Assembly: GCA_965243135.1 (NCBI GenBank) | Contig: OZ251539.1 | Coordinates: 2,176,001 to 2,240,000 of the forward strand | Source of the DNA: Alphaproteobacteria bacterium | GTDB taxonomy: Bacteria > Pseudomonadota > Alphaproteobacteria > MPNO01 > UBA830 | DNA: 64,000 nucleotides | Direction of reading: 5' to 3' | Shown here: in pieces, positions 63,326 through 64,000 of the stretch | Numbering within the stretch: position 1 is the first letter of the stretch | Layout: every line of letters begins with the position of its first letter | Made by a program: the position numbers and the translations under genes | The notes under the pieces: generated by a model | The model's database searches: none | What the model saw: the letters and a program-made list of their open reading frames with translations, nothing else | What the model was told of the DNA's origin: nothing

Positions 63326-64000
63326 GGTCCCTGGGGGAGAGCGGGATGCCAGGAACGCAGACGCTCCTCGCCGGCGCCCCACGGCAGCCAGTCAGCAGGA
63401 CCTTCGGGCGGCGGACCGCGATGACGGGCGCAAGCATAATCGAGCAGCCAGCTGTACGGCGAGATGCCGGCCATCTCGAGCGTGCCGAAGATGGAATAGA
63501 GCATGCCCGCCAACCGCGCTCCGTCCACGCTTTGCGACCCGAACGAAAGCTTCCGGCTGAGGCCGCGCAACCCGCGTTCGGCGGGGTTGTTGTCCATGGG
63601 AACGGCCGCGTTGTCCACGAAGGTTGTCAGACCGTCGCGGTGGCGCAGCAGGGAGTCCAGAGGGCCGCGTTGCGCCGCGCTCTCCGGGAGCGCGTCCCGC
63701 GCCTTTTTCGCCGCCGCGAAGAACGCTTCGGCGAACCTCGCGAGCCGCCGCTGGGCGGCGGCGTTGCCCGGGCGCGCCAGACGCCTGGCGTTGAGACGGT
63801 ACAATGCGTGACGAAGCCACTTTTGGGCGAACTGCGCGAGGTTCGGGTAGCCGGTCTCGAGGTTGACGAAGTCGCGCCTGGCATGGACCCAACAATATGA
63901 AAGGACGATGCACCCTTCCATGACGCGTGCCAGCTTCCGATAGGCGGAGTAGCGGTCGCAGACCAGGTGAGCCGCCTGTTCGGGCGAGCCGAGCCCTCTG
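63322..64000 (-). CDS. IS66 TnpC transposase, C-terminal part (small internal deletions likely)
   Basis: CDRYSAY, CWVHARRDF, VPMDNNPAERGLR, SFGSQS. Confidence 0.85.
   Translation of the reverse strand, partial: RGLGSPEQAAHLVCDRYSAYRKLARVMEGCIVLSYCWVHARRDFVNLETGYPNLAQFAQKWLRHALYRLNARRLARPGNAAAQRRLARFAEAFFAAAKKARDALPESAAQRGPLDSLLRHRDGLTTFVDNAAVPMDNNPAERGLRGLSRKLSFGSQSVDGARLAGMLYSIFGTLEMAGISPYSWLLDYACARHRGPPPEGPADWLPWGAGEERLRSWHPALPQGP

Larger units (their letters stand above)
62442..64000 (-). mobile_element. IS66-family element (one end in window) carrying a DUF4338 gene
   Basis: Terminal GTAAGCGTTCGG at 62442; transposase and DUF4338 gene coupled by GTGA overlap at 63322-25. Confidence 0.75.

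Overview
Two very different halves. Bases 1 to ~31,530 are the conserved core translation/transcription supercluster of a high-GC alphaproteobacterium, nearly all on the minus strand: rlmB, tRNA-Tyr, tRNA-Gly, tuf, tRNA-Trp, secE, nusG, rplKAJL, rpoBC, the str/S10/spc operons, secY, adk, rpsMK and a truncated rpoA. RpoB carries an unusual ~108-aa tandem duplication in its lineage-specific insert. Bases ~31,530-64,000 are a decaying accessory/defence island. It holds: (1) three tandem nitrile-hydratase-leader (NHLP/proteusin-type) RiPP precursors with 38-aa Ser/Thr-rich period-3 cores, no maturation enzymes in the window, a poly-C promoter and CRISPR-like 61-bp-period repeats upstream; (2) repeated VirD4-like 3' remnants separating different cargo blocks; (3) HEPN/partner pairs; (4) an Mrr-like nuclease; (5) a three-gene DISARM-related system (SNF2 helicase, type IIG-like methylase, helicase-DUF1998-nuclease fusion) disrupted by one IS, one MITE and a G16 slip tract; (6) a DrmB relic, a PLD nuclease with a probable EVE/PUA-like domain, and IS1202-, ISMae2- and IS66-type elements plus two MITEs with readable target-site duplications. 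All family assignments come from motif recognition by eye; no database searches were run.
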